Origin: Auanema rhodensis
Taxonomy: Eukaryota > Animalia > Nematoda
DNA length: 64,000 nucleotides
Assembly: GCA_964057225.1 (NCBI GenBank)
Contig: OZ059900.1
Span: 5,890,001 to 5,954,000 of the forward strand
Direction: 5' to 3'
The notes under the pieces were generated by a model that was not told the DNA's origin, made no database searches, and saw only the letters and a program-made list of their open reading frames with translations. Below are positions 25,501 through 38,296 of the stretch, one piece after another. The position numbers were made by a program, and so were the translations under genes. Numbering within the stretch: the stretch's first letter is position 1; every line of letters begins with the position of its first letter.

Positions 25501-27712
25501 TGGTAAAAGATGATACAAAATCTAAGACGATACAAACGTTAATCAAGTGATCATGAGATGGATAAACAGAAAAATATGAATAAGATATCTTGAGAAGGGA
25601 TATGCAAATGCAACAGATGCATAAGTAAGTGAATGGGCATATAGAACGACAGGAGAAGATAAACGAAATACACCAGACGGGTCAGTAGCAACAGAGCACG
25701 AACACGACTATAAGATTACTTAATGATGTGATTAGTTTGAATTGTCCATCTGGACATTCTAAAACAGGCATATGCATGCATAACATAGTCAGAATACAAA
25801 TTCAAGAAATATTACTGCCTGCAAGGGACAAAGAAAATGGTGAATGAATGAAAACTAAGTGATGACGATGCTGATGATGATGCTGATGCTAGCAGCGATT
25901 TCGCTAACATGGCGTATAAAAATAAAGAATAGAAGTGCAAACCAAAAAATTCAAAGTATACAAATGAACAAAATCGAATATTATATGCTTTTTATTCAAA
26001 ATTTGAAAAATTTTTGAAATATTTTAAAAGAAACATTTGGCTATAATTGAATTCTCGCATGATCTCTCTCTATTAAAATATCCAATAGAAAAATATCAAT
26101 TATTTGAGGATATAAGAATACTCTGAAAAATAGATCTTTGAATGATTTTTTTAGTGTTGACTATTTAATCAGAATTGATGATAAGATAAAAAAGGGAGCC
26201 TAATAAAGTCAATAAAAAGTCATGAGATGAATGTCTTATGATACGCAGAGCATACCCATAGCTTGCAAGCTGTTTTGAATTGTTGCAGGTCTAGCTCTTT
26301 TGCTGATGTTCGCCATCATGTTCTCAACAGATTTTTCACCGTTAGATTTCTATACGTGGCCTCTCAATATGGATCGTTTTCCCTATATGATTTGCAGCTT
26401 CTTTACACAAAAGAGTATTGTGAATAAAGTTATTATATGTGTACATATATACATATACATACAGCCCAGTTACCGTCCCTTAATTTAATCATCATAAAAA
26501 CAGCTAATATTTGTTCAAATGCAATCGTTATTATACATTTGTCTTTCCAATAAGTTTAGAAATATAGTTAAAAGCAAGAATATATTTAGAAAAAAAAGTT
26601 TAAGAGTTATATACGATATTGCAAACGTAGACTAAGATATTATATGATGAAAAGTTAAACTTAATGAAACAAGTTTACTATAGTTTCAGCACACTACCTC
26701 TAACAGTAACAATTGTTATAGTGTGGGTGCACAAATGATTTCAAAATAATTATAGTTAACTGTCACTAGCATAGTTTACATGGATTTTCTGATGTGTATT
26801 GAGTTCATGAGACAGACAAAAACTGGACATATGCATACATAAACTTGTATATTGCGATCATTATGAGAGAAAAAAAAACAAATGTGAAATTTCGCATGAA
26901 AAATTCAAGCAATTCTACGTTAATCCCCAATAGACTACTCAAGATTACAATTGAGATCATATCCAACGTCTCAGAGTGATTCGCTCATTCTCTTATTCTT
27001 TTTGCATATTAGATTTTATGATACAAATTTAATATATTTATATTGATGTTTGACGCGTCACGCACGATACGAGTTTGTATGTCCGCATATTAATGGCAAA
27101 TCGACAGATGCTGATGATGATGAAAGCATATTCATAAATGTACAACATATGAATATGCATGTATCGATTATCATGTTTTGATGATTTTTTTATTTTACTG
27201 CAGTGACAAGCACTGGATTAATCAGCTCATTTTCAAAATATGGGAGAAAGTGAGATAGTTTTTTCTAATATCACTAACAATAAGAACAATATATATATAT
27301 TGGTCGCTCTCATTCTTTCTTCTCTTCTCATTCTTTTTTTCGTTTTTTTTATAAAAGAATCATTTAATTATCATACCTCTATGCCTTGAGCAAAATGTTC
27401 ATAAGGTGTTGTAACGCCGGCAGCGGCCAAGGCCATTTGAGTCATGGACGCTACTGCTCCATTTGGTACTGGACCTCCCGTTTGTACATAGTTCATTGTA
27501 CAGTTTGGAGGCGGCGGTTGCACTGCAGCTCCATGTCCGGAAACAAACGAGACGGTGCCGATTGGTGTGGGAACTCGGTTGGAAGCTGCTGCTGCAGCTC
27601 CAGCAGCGTAATGTGCAGCCGAAATAGCAGATGTTGATAGTGCGGCAGGATTAAAGCATGGCATTGAAGGAGTGCCAGGGAGAACGTTCGGATTGACTGC
27701 TGTGCGTAGCAT
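22533..27712 (-). CDS. tiar-3: TIA-1/TIAR-family RRM RNA-binding protein (two RRMs seen) with an Ala/Gly/Pro-rich N-terminal exon
   Basis: Exons at ~22990-23820 give KIDTSKHFHIFVGDLSSEVDN...EAKVIRDPITRKTKGYGFVSFPDKENAEKAITEMNGAQIGRRIIRTNWANRR...RDKLTFEQVYHSTKKDNTSVYIGNI...KKECATNAIMEMN...IRCSWGR (TIA-1 RRM2 and RRM3). The last exon (GTTTLVP...APHH*) is in phase. The exon starting at 27712 (MLRTAVNP...GIE|gtatga) is a phase-0 upstream exon assigned by inference. The paralogue name is from recalled similarity. Confidence 0.75.
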
Positions 27713-28850
27713 CTAAAATTCAACAGAATTAATAATTAGTACAGAGATTGTATATGTCGTTATGTTAAAATAAGCGACAAGATGGATCGAGGGGGAAACA
27801 ACTGGTAGAAGGAAATAAGATTGAAACTTGTTTTTAAATATTTCCAAACTTGAACATAAAACAGATGTCGTCAAGAAAAGACGAATATATGAATATGCAT
27901 AGTTCGGTATTCAACAAAAAATATGTTTGAGCGAAACAAAATGGTTGGGAAAAGCATAATGCAATTCGAATACATGTTAAAAGCGTCTTGGCTGATATGT
28001 TCCAATATTTGATGCGTTCATAGTTTCAGTGACTGGATGTACGTAGATCGAGGCAACTTTTATACGTGTAATTATATATATAGTAATAAAATATTAATAA
28101 AACATTCACTATCTTATAACAAAACGTAATATTTCTCTCACAGTAATATGACATTATGAATTTGGATTATGACAGAGAAACGTGTATGCTATTTTTCTGA
28201 TGAATATGTTAGCGACTAAACACAGAAACAGTGAGATATTATATAAGCAGAAAAGAAGTTATTTTATTGATTCTCAATCAAATATGAGAATAAAGCTTTC
28301 TAGAGTGCTGATACTTGATGACAAATGAGAAATATGAATTTTTTTATGCAGATAAAGAATTAAATGTATTGATCTGTGAGAACTATTGTTAGGATATCAC
28401 AAAAAAAACGTTTTTTCATATATACATGTCACACAATCGAAGACACAAAAAGAAAAACATTCTACAAAAAATGAGCTTTGCTCAGAAGCCAGCAAGATAT
28501 TGAAATAAATTCTACAATCTTTACAACCGGTTAGTCATGTAATCTTTCAAGACAGTGCATAGATTCACAAAAAAAAACATTTTTAACAATTTTTTGTTTT
28601 TTTTTAAGTCAAATTAACAAGAGGTTACACTGTGAACTACGCGGTTGGGTGCGCAATCAACCCTTTGGGACATCAAAAGTGCATAAACATCTCGCTGCAG
28701 CTTATTCAAGTTTCATGTTCTTTCCGGAAGATAAGTTCAAGTTTTTCAGAAAAAATTTGTTATAGTCGTATCTAATGCATTTTATATGGTATTACAATGA
28801 GTTATGAATAATGTGAGTGAATATTATAAGAAAAAAAATACACGACGTAC

Positions 28851-28969
28851 CTTAATATGAGTCAGACCGGCTTCAAAATTAGATCGAACCCCTTGAGGGG
28901 TTAGATCTGAACTGTGTGCTCGCTTCAGTTTGAAAGAGTATGAAAGCCGAAGCAGTTACTGGCCAAAAT
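28851..28969 (-). other. Putative non-coding 5' UTR exon of the TIAR gene
   Basis: Flanked by a CCTTACAG acceptor and an AAG|GTACGT donor. 119 nt, no ATG, stops in all three frames, same strand as and upstream of the TIAR gene. Confidence 0.45.
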
Positions 28970-31900
28970 CTGTAAGGAGACAAGGATAGTAAAAGCAGAA
29001 TGTTAATCAAAGTCACAACAAATAAACGAAAAACAAAGAAAATCAAAGTACAAGTATTAGCACTTGTTAAGATAATTAATGTAAAAAAGTAAAAAGTAAA
29101 AAGAAATGAGAAAGAATGATATGCGAACTATAACCTATGGGTGTTACCAGTGAAACAAGGAACATAATTAAATTTTTCATGGCTAAAGCCAAATTATGAT
29201 AGGCTTTCTCTTCTAAATGCGTTCATTCGAATGTAATAATATGATAGATCATTGAAATAAGTGAGAGTTGGAGAGAAAAAAAGAAAAAAGAGTTAGGAAA
29301 AGAGAAAGAAAAATGAGAGAGTATGAAGTCAGCATCACATACAAACAATGAAATGAATATACACGCATAAAAAAGGGGAAACTCATTGTTACGCAAGAAT
29401 GATTATAGGATTCCAATGAAATCTTTATGGTATAGTTTACAACAATAGATAAAGTATATTTTTGTTTGAAGAAAACTTGTTTTATAGAAGAATAACTTGG
29501 CATTTACTTGAAGATTTAATGAAAAGTTTAGACAAAACTCGCAAAAGGCTAGAGGATTATTAGTTGATAATCTTAAATCATTTTTCCAGGAAAAAAACAG
29601 AAAACTGAAGATACGGAAGAAACTTCGAGCAGATATTTGATGAGATATCACAAAAACGGTGGCAACACTTGCCGAAGTGTCTAGCCTGCCATCTTAACAT
29701 CCATCCCTTTCTTCAGTTCAGATTTTTTCAACATCATTGTCAATTGAGTTGAAATTGTGATCTTTATACTTGAAGAGGGTATTAAACAATAATAGCTGAT
29801 AGAAAAAACTTGCTCAAGTGTCATGAACAAAACAATAGTAGTATGAAACATTTTCATTGAAATTTTCAGTTTCAAATACAGAAAAAGATAGCTACTAATT
29901 AATTTTATTCAAAAGTATGCATACATATACATACACACATACACTCAGTTTTCTAAAAATTAAACAAAGAATAAATAAAATCATCAATCTCAATGGCACA
30001 TTTTGATAGTGACAGATGGTTGTGTAAAATTTGATCTAAGTTATGTGATCATTGTTGCGAATTGAGCAAAACTAGTGTTCATTTTTTATCTCACTAGCTT
30101 GAACACTAGTTAAATTACTACTACAAAGCAGCATTTTTTTGAACAAAATTTAATTAAAACAATTCGTCTACTATATAGCATGTGGATGTTCAAAAGACTA
30201 ATGCATCTTCTTTGAATGTAGAGACATTGTCTTGAGTTGAGAAATCAATAGATGTTGAAGGCTAACATTTATGTTCAATAGACTGTTATTTCAAAAACAG
30301 ATCATAAAATGCCATACAAATTATTTAATTAGATGACATTTGTAACATCAGTTGGAGAAATGGTGTTAGGAAGAAAGGAGAACATAAAAAAACTTGTATC
30401 ATTTAAACATGTGTTGACAACAAGTTAAAGATGAGATTTTTGTTAGCAGAGAAAAGAAAAGCAATGACTTACCAGTGTTGCAGAAAATTCATTGAAGACA
30501 AATAAGTTTGGTCAGCAAATTTCTCCAAGACGTGTGCTCAGGAAGAATGAGAAAACTAATGCATTACAAACGTAAGAAGAAATGTTGTTATGCAGTAGAA
30601 GTGAATTGACTAATTTGAAAGACAAAAAGCTTGTCAGAGAAGATTAGAGATGAAGCTAGAGGACAAGAGTGTCCTAAACTGTGAGTCATAGTCCAAAGAG
30701 TCAACTTTTCATATTGGAGGTTGCTCACTAATTAGTGACGAGCCACATAGACATATGTGCGTACACATACATATATGCACACGAATCAAACTGCCAAAAA
30801 TTCAGTTTTCTTTTTTTTACCAAAAAAATAAATTGTATTCACATGTGGGCGTGATGGAGAGCTAGTACATCCGGAAACATCTGAAGTCATGTTGTCGTCT
30901 TTCGGCATGAATGTGGTTTTCATTGCTATTTCTCAAGCCTACATATATATGTATATGTATATATCTCTTACTCATTCTTCCCCTATCGAAGACCAGTATA
31001 TTGATGTTGGATCATCGTGCCGTAGACAATTTTTCTCGTTCTCCATGTTCACATCACCATTCATTGCCTCATTTCAGCAAGCTATATCTTATGTAAAAGC
31101 CTCACATATAACCGTCAGCAGTTGGTTCTGTGGTTAAAATTGAAGTTACTGCCGGGCTGGTTCCTGTTTTGTGCGTCCGCTGACATAATGTTCTCATAAA
31201 AAAGGCGGAACATCAGGCTGGTGCTGCATTTACGTTTCCGTAAATTATTTTTTTTAAATCAAAGGAAGACAGAAAATTCCGTTTTAGTTGAAATAAAGTG
31301 TTTTATATCGATTTGCGGTTAAAATATATAAAAATATGATTTGTAACATGTCACAATGAGAAAAAAATAGAATATAATAATATAGTGGAGCTAATATGTT
31401 ATTGACAACGAATCAAATAAGCATATTAAACATATATGCATGGGGTTTCGACTAAACAACGGATATGCACCAGATTTCAATATATAATGTGGTTCATATC
31501 ATGTAATATCTACTTTGTAACACTACGTAGTATGTAATGTAGAAATGAATTGCTTATTTCAATTTTTTACATAAAAGATGCAAAGCAAACTGAACGGCTA
31601 TGCCAGAAAGAGAAAAATTAAATCTTGTAAAAGCATGAAAGGATGATTAAGAGAAACGAATTGTACATCCAAATATTCTATTCATACTACTAATTGAATT
31701 ATATTATAATATAATTAGATTGTAAAGAATAACTAAATTATGCTCATTAGATTAACTTTTTGATGAGAAAGGCTTCTGCACTTTCTTTTGTTAACAAGTT
31801 ACAGACAAAGTAAAGTTTCAATACATATCAGAAAACTTCAAGAAACGAATCAAAATGTATGTGGAGGGGGGGGGGGGTGTCAAAACTAAAAGAGTAGGTG

Positions 31901-34900
31901 GATTGTCAACTTATAAGAGACAAATAAATAATAGAAAAATAAAAAAAGTCTTTTTTTAACACTATATAACGTTCTTGATCAATATTATGGAAATATGAGG
32001 TAAAAATATTCATGTCTTTATAAGCTAATTTCATTTTTTGCCAAGAATATCTTGAATAATATTTATAATTTACAAGACAAATTGATGTTAAAATTAAATA
32101 TTATCGTAATAAATTCTCGAATCGCAAACGTTTGAGATATCGCACCCTATACAGGCAATAGATGTTATAAGAAATGCATAGCATCAATTAGGTTTGAGCA
32201 TACTGACTGGCGCAGGGTGACAGCATGCAAAATATTTTTCAAAATAGTATGTAAAAGAAGGAGAACTTCGGATAGAGAAATGAAGAGAGTGAAAAAGAAA
32301 AATCAAAGACAGATTCGATGAAAATTGGCTGAAGGGTTCTTTAGAAAAAAAAACAACAATGTGCAATGAAAATCTCGTTATCGGTGCTAATATCGTAGTT
32401 TGGACATTGGTGTAGTTTGTAAACGGTTTCATGCTATATAGTTGATATAAACAATGCATGATCAGTGTGGCTGTTGGAACTTCCCTGGTTCTCAACATAA
32501 ACATTATGCCACAATATATTTTTTCAATAAAAAAGGCGGTAAAGCAAACGAAATGGGAGATATTAATATACAAACAGTATGCATGTTAAATCATAATTAA
32601 ACCTTTTTATTTTGTTCAAAATTCATAGTGTTTGTGTCATATTCATCTCAGAGAAGGATAATGTGAGATAAGATGTTCGTGTAATCATGAGATGCATATA
32701 TAATTTTGTTCATATGAAATGAAATCATTTAAATAAATTTTACAGTTAACTGATGCATGTTTAAAAAAGGTTGAAAGAGTGTATGCGGTCAAGCTTTCTG
32801 AAGTAGATCTGATTGAACATTAACAGTGTGAATGTTTTTTTAAAGCATAAAATTCGTTTTTTTTTTTTGAGAAAAAAAAAGAATATTATAGAATTCGTTG
32901 CTTAAAAAATGCAAACGAATGACTTGTGGTAGGCAATTTATCTGACACTACTGAATGAGATCTAGAGAAAGCAGGCCGTGACAGTGAGTATAAGATATAT
33001 CTGTTTCTCTTCTCGTGTCTGCAAAGGTAGAAGATTACCCGACAACTAGGCAGGTTGGAAGATAATGGCTTGTCGAAATGAGAAACAGATATTAGATAAG
33101 TGATGGACATAAACATTTTTTCCTCAAAATTTTAGCAAAAATCGTTTTTCAATTTCACTTGAAAGTTCAATCGTATAGATGCCAACATTAGGAATGATGA
33201 CGAATTATGCCAAAAAAAACGAAGACTAATCTAAAGTCATAACATCCTGAATGTGAAATTAAATGCCAAATGAGCTGTCCCAATACTAAGTTCTTTTTCG
33301 TCCAAAATTACCAAAATTATCCTGCAAGCAACATCAGATTATGAAAACTTTGTAATTACAATTTCAGCAGTTGTTCATTTGCAATTGGTCTTTGTGCTTA
33401 TTGATAATAGATTTATCCGCTCGTCTATTTGTTTGTTTCTGAAAAAAACGATGCTCCTTTTTCTTTCTCTTTTTCTCTCTCACTTTTAATTTTGATAACA
33501 ACGTTATAAACAAAGTGAACACCGGTTTAATCCGGAATTCTTTTACACAATCAGCTCATATGGATTACATTGTCTTTTCTTACATTTTCTTCAGAAGAAA
33601 CGAAAAATAACAACTTTTTTATTGAAAACTCATTTTGAATAGTTCAGAGATATCATATTTTATATTTATTCATCAATAACTTATTTGTCTCAACTTGGTT
33701 AATGAAACATAAATTGAACCAATAGAATTCAAGCACGTGCATTCGCATATCTGAATTTTCATTTGGAAAAGGCAGTTCAGAGACAATAAAGCTCATTATG
33801 CTCATAGAATCTATTTGAACATATTTTCAAGAGCTTTAAATCAGTCACAACATAACTTATGAGTACTTGATTTACTTTCATTGCACGGTTGCTCAACTTT
33901 CGTCAGCTTTCAATGTGTTTCTGTCTATATTTCAATATATCACTGTATACCTATTGTGACCTTCATTCTTCTTTTTTTTCTGAAAATGCATGCTCTCTCA
34001 TAGCTGAAAGAATCTCAATTATTTCTTTTTTCATTCTTTATGAGAAACTGCCAATTGAAATAATAGGTCGAATTGCCATCTTACGAGAACATTAATCTTC
34101 CAGTTGGCCTATATTTAGCTATATGTTCATTTTCAGCGCTGATATACGACATATCTCACGTCTGCAAAGAAAAGAATCTATGATTCGCTTATATACTTTG
34201 AAATATTATTTTTTTGACCTTTTCTTTAACATGTAATTGAATACAAAAACTGTTCTATTTGATTCCGAGTTATGAAAATTTTGTTTATCTTTATTTGAAT
34301 GAACATGTACATTTATATTCAATATTATATCAAATTATTTTCTCTTTTAATTGCCCAAAAATGAAACAAATATATTAGCTAATCATGAATCTTTTCTTTT
34401 CCAAATATCTTTTAAGATATGTCTAGTTTTTTTGAAATTTTGATTTATACAATGTTTGAGCGTGAAAAAAGTTGATAATTCATAATTTTTTGGTTTATTT
34501 CAACTATTCGCTGCAACATCGAATGAGAAATTTCAGAATTGATCACATAAAATATTAATATCATAATTACATTCATGTTCCGCTTCATTTATGATATATC
34601 ATCATTTCATATTTAGTAATTTTTAATAAAAAGTTATTCGTTATCTTGCATCAATAATAGTATTAGTTTAGTTTCGAATATTGCATAGAATAATAAAAAT
34701 ATAATATTTATATAAATAACGACTCAGTTTAGTTATGACATTTTATTATTTGCGTTATAAGGAATCAATAAATTATTATTTTTCATTAACCACTTTTTAT
34801 CATTTATTTTGATAATGCGCTCCAATATTAAACGTGTGACCTAATGCTAACTAGACGCTCTCATTTTTAAATTTGAATATATTATAATATAGTACTGGTT

Positions 34901-35193
34901 GTTAATTTTTTACAATTGTTGCTTAATATACATGTATGTATCTTCTTATGTCATATCATATTTTTGTTAAATTCTTCATATTATATCCTACCGTTTGAAT
35001 TCGTAAAAATTTGGGAAACTGCTCGTCAATATAAAAATAGAGCGTGACCACAGATAACCGTTTGCTTATTACTGTACTAGAAAAGTATGATTATTCGAAT
35101 ATTTTCGAATAATTACTAATCTGAAAATACCGTATATGTTCTGATAGTTTATTGTTATTATTTTACAAAGACTTTCATTTTTTCCTATAGAAT

Positions 35194-36074
35194 ATGGATA
35201 CGGATATGGATGATGTTCTTAACCAACTGAGCAGTATGCATACGCACGAGCAAGATGTACGTATTATTATCTTATATATTGCCACAAAAATTTCAATTTA
35301 TTTAATACCACGTTTTGCTCATAAATGAGTTTAGGAAATGATCAAGCAGCTTCAAGATGTTGTGGGATGCGATGCTCCGAAGCAAGTTTGCCAATTTCTT
35401 CTCGAGACGACTAACTGGTTAGAATAATAATTGTTGTGAAAGAAAAAAACGTATTTCTTTTAGGAATCTGCAAGAAGCTATTTGTGCATTCTATGATAAT
35501 AATCAGGATAAATTTACTCGTGTTCCTGATCAAGCCCACCAGCTGGAGATGCAAATCATTGGTGACCTTACCATAGGAGAAGTAAAAACATTTATCATTC
35601 AAATTTAACATATTTTTCTAGGGATTGTCGTGTGAGCCTTGGCAACGCCTTGATAGGGTATGGCGATTTAAAAACACTGGCTCGGTTCCATGGCCCTCCG
35701 AAACTAAACTTAAGCATGTTCAAGGTAGTGCTTCGTTTATCACTTCTACAATACATAATTAATTCTAGGACATAACTTCTGTCATGTTGAGTCAATTGAT
35801 GTAGCAAATATTGAACCAGGTGCAACTACTGATGTGGTGATGAGCACATTCTCTCCGATGAAGGAAGGTGTTTACATGGGAGTATGGAAGCTCTATGCTA
35901 GTGGATGCTTTCCTTTTGGAGGTAAGCATTATTGTAATTTAAACTATGTGAAAATCTATAATTATAGAGAATGTTTATTGCATTGCTAATGTTAGTGATA
36001 CTGGTTTGATGACCGTTACTCAACAAATGCAACGTACTCAGATCAATGAGTCCGATGCAGCCATGACTGAATGA
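35194..36074 (+). CDS. ILRUN: ILRUN/C6orf106 orthologue (UBA-like domain plus NBR1-like FW domain), 6 exons
   Basis: Spliced product: MDTDMDDVLNQLSSMHTHEQDEMIKQLQDVVG...CQFLLETTNWNLQEAICAFYD...MQIIGDLTIGEGLSCEPWQRLDRVWRFKNTGSVPWP...GVYMGVWKL...GLMTVTQQM. It matches the recalled ILRUN motifs CxFFLDMTNWNLQAAIGAYYD, DVTIGEGES, TWRIQNSG...WP and GLLGVTQQL. Not in the ORF track because the exons are short. Confidence 0.88.
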
Positions 36075-37054
36075 ATCGAAATATAGTACGTTCGTTGTTC
36101 TTCAATGAACTGTGAGAATGATATATATAATTCAAGGTTTTGTTTATTGTACTATATCACCATCGGACCTGATTAGTATTTCAAAACAATTGCAATCTAA
36201 TTCATTGTATATCTTTTTCTTATGATGCACCCGTGATATTCATTTTATTTGCTAATCAGATGGAGTACAACTTTTCAAACAACTTTCAGGTACCTTCATT
36301 GAATGTGTGATTCTTTTCCTCAGAGTTTTTATAATTCAATGTCCGGGACGTCAGTTCCCAAACATTTGTCGAGGTCATTGTTCATTTGAACTCAAACTAT
36401 TTGCCAAAGTGTGCTAAAATGCCTGTGTCTCAAACCTCTGAACATTCTCTAGGATTTATTTTGTGACATAGTGTTTGTAACTTATTAGAACAAATATTCA
36501 TATATACATATATTTATATATTTATATACTTAGATGATATTATTCTTCTATAATTGTAATTCTATGTCGTTATAATATATAATGTATAAGTTGATTGTTT
36601 TCAGCACTTATTAATATAATATATGTATAATAATATCTGCTGTTTTGATGATTGTTGTTCAAAGATAAAGTTGTCGTTTATTTTCCCTAATTCTGCTTGT
36701 AATGTTTCATTTCTTTGAGATCTGTATGAGTATATACTTATCTCGATAGGAGAAGATAGCATGATGGTATTCTTTTATCTTTTTCGTGATCAAATACGAA
36801 CTATTTGATATTCGTACTATGTGAATTATAAAGTTCTGTATCAATATCTTATACAAGATTTATTGCTGGATGTATCATGTTCTTGGAACAAATTTTTTTG
36901 TATAGATTTCAAATAACAATATAGTTGATAAAGATTTATTACGAATGACTTGATCAAAAGCCAAACGATCAACAGTGGTCTTATCTACTACAAAAAGGCG
37001 AAAGTATGAGTTCGAGTAAAATTGTGAAGTTTTCAGTACGTTTTATTGGATTGA

Positions 37055-38296
37055 GGGAAAAGATTTAAGCACTGGCGAGCTCATCTTGAGCACCAGTGGT
37101 GATGACATGAGCGAAAGCCTTGTAGTCGATTTGTCCATCAGCAATAGGTGGCTTACCCTAATAACACGAAATTAGAAAATACTATTCAGAATTAGAAAAT
37201 TTACCTTGTACATGGCCTTGATCTCGTCTTCATCAAGAGGTTCTCCTCTCTTGTTCTTGAGGATCTTAAGAAGTTCCTCCTCAGAGATCTTTCCACAGTC
37301 CTTCTTGTCGAACATAGCGAAAGCTCCAATGATGGTGGCCTCTGGGTCAGTTCCTGCAAAGTATGTTCTTCAGATTTGTTCAAAAGTTTGAAATTATACC
37401 GGTGAGTCTTTCTCCGAACAAGGTAAGGAAGACGGTGAAGTTGATTGGTCCTGGAGCTTCCTTGATCATGTCCTCGATTTGCTTATCAGAAGCAATTTGT
37501 CCCATGGAAGCATAGAGATCCTTGAGATCGGACTAAACACAAAAAGTTCAAAAAAGAAACAAATTTCAAATGTTTTACCTTGTCGATGATACCATCCTTG
37601 TTTTGGTCCATGATTCCGAAGGCCTCCTTGAATTCCTGGATGGTCTTCTGGTCGAACTGAGCGGCCTCAGATCCAGATCTCTTCTTGGATGCCTTCTTCT
37701 TAACAGCCTTGGACTAAAAGCAAAAGTTTGTATAAAAGATTTTCATATAAGAAAACTCACCATGGTTTATTGGAGTAAGACTGAGAACTAGTCTGGAAAA
37801 AGAAAAATTAATTCAAAAGTTGAATGAAAAATACAATTGGAAGAAGAAAATGGAAAAATTGAGCAAAAGTTAGGCAGCCGACATCGCCAAGAGCCAACGA
37901 AACTATGAGTGTCGACATCGGAGGTGGGTGGTGGGAGGAGGAGAAGAAAGAGGGATAGAAGTGAAGGATAATGAAGATTTCAAAGAAAAACGAGAGGTAT
38001 TGAGAGAAAAATTTATTAAATAGTGAGAAGATTGCAGAGAGACAACAGAAGAAGATATAGCGCGCTCAAGTGAGCAGAAGTTGAAGCACAGTGTAACAGC
38101 TTCTCCACCGTCCTTTTAGTATCTCTCTCTCTCTTTATCTTCTGTGCTCCCTGATTATATCTGCCTCAATGTTTCTTTCATTATCTGTTTCTCTCACTTT
38201 TCTTCATACTCTGTACTATATCTACTTATTCCAATAACCGGAACTCGCAAATAAATTGAAGAAAATCCGATAAGACACTGTGCATCATGAAGAGGA
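37055..38296. repeat. Left arm of a ~1.24 kb inverted duplication (mlc gene plus ~530 bp upstream)
   Basis: Paired coordinates all sum to 78561, so there are no indels. Duplicate ORF pairs in the track confirm the symmetry. By eye, one mismatch (38150/40411) between 37055 and 38264. Confidence 0.95.
37065..37763 (-). CDS. mlc-2: Myosin regulatory light chain, copy with a short predicted 3' UTR (mlc-2-like), 5 coding exons
   Basis: Translation [58 protein letters not shown]...[11 protein letters not shown] is close to C. elegans MLC-1/2 and includes the EF-hand [12 protein letters not shown]. The mlc-1 versus mlc-2 label rests only on UTR-length analogy. Confidence 0.93.

Noticed and set aside
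26350-26400. Minus-strand SCKSYRENDPY* resembling the TIA-1 RRM1 motif NDPYC, as a possible decayed RRM1 exon
   Set aside because: The match is only ~5 residues, followed by a stop, with no other RRM1 similarity; probably chance.
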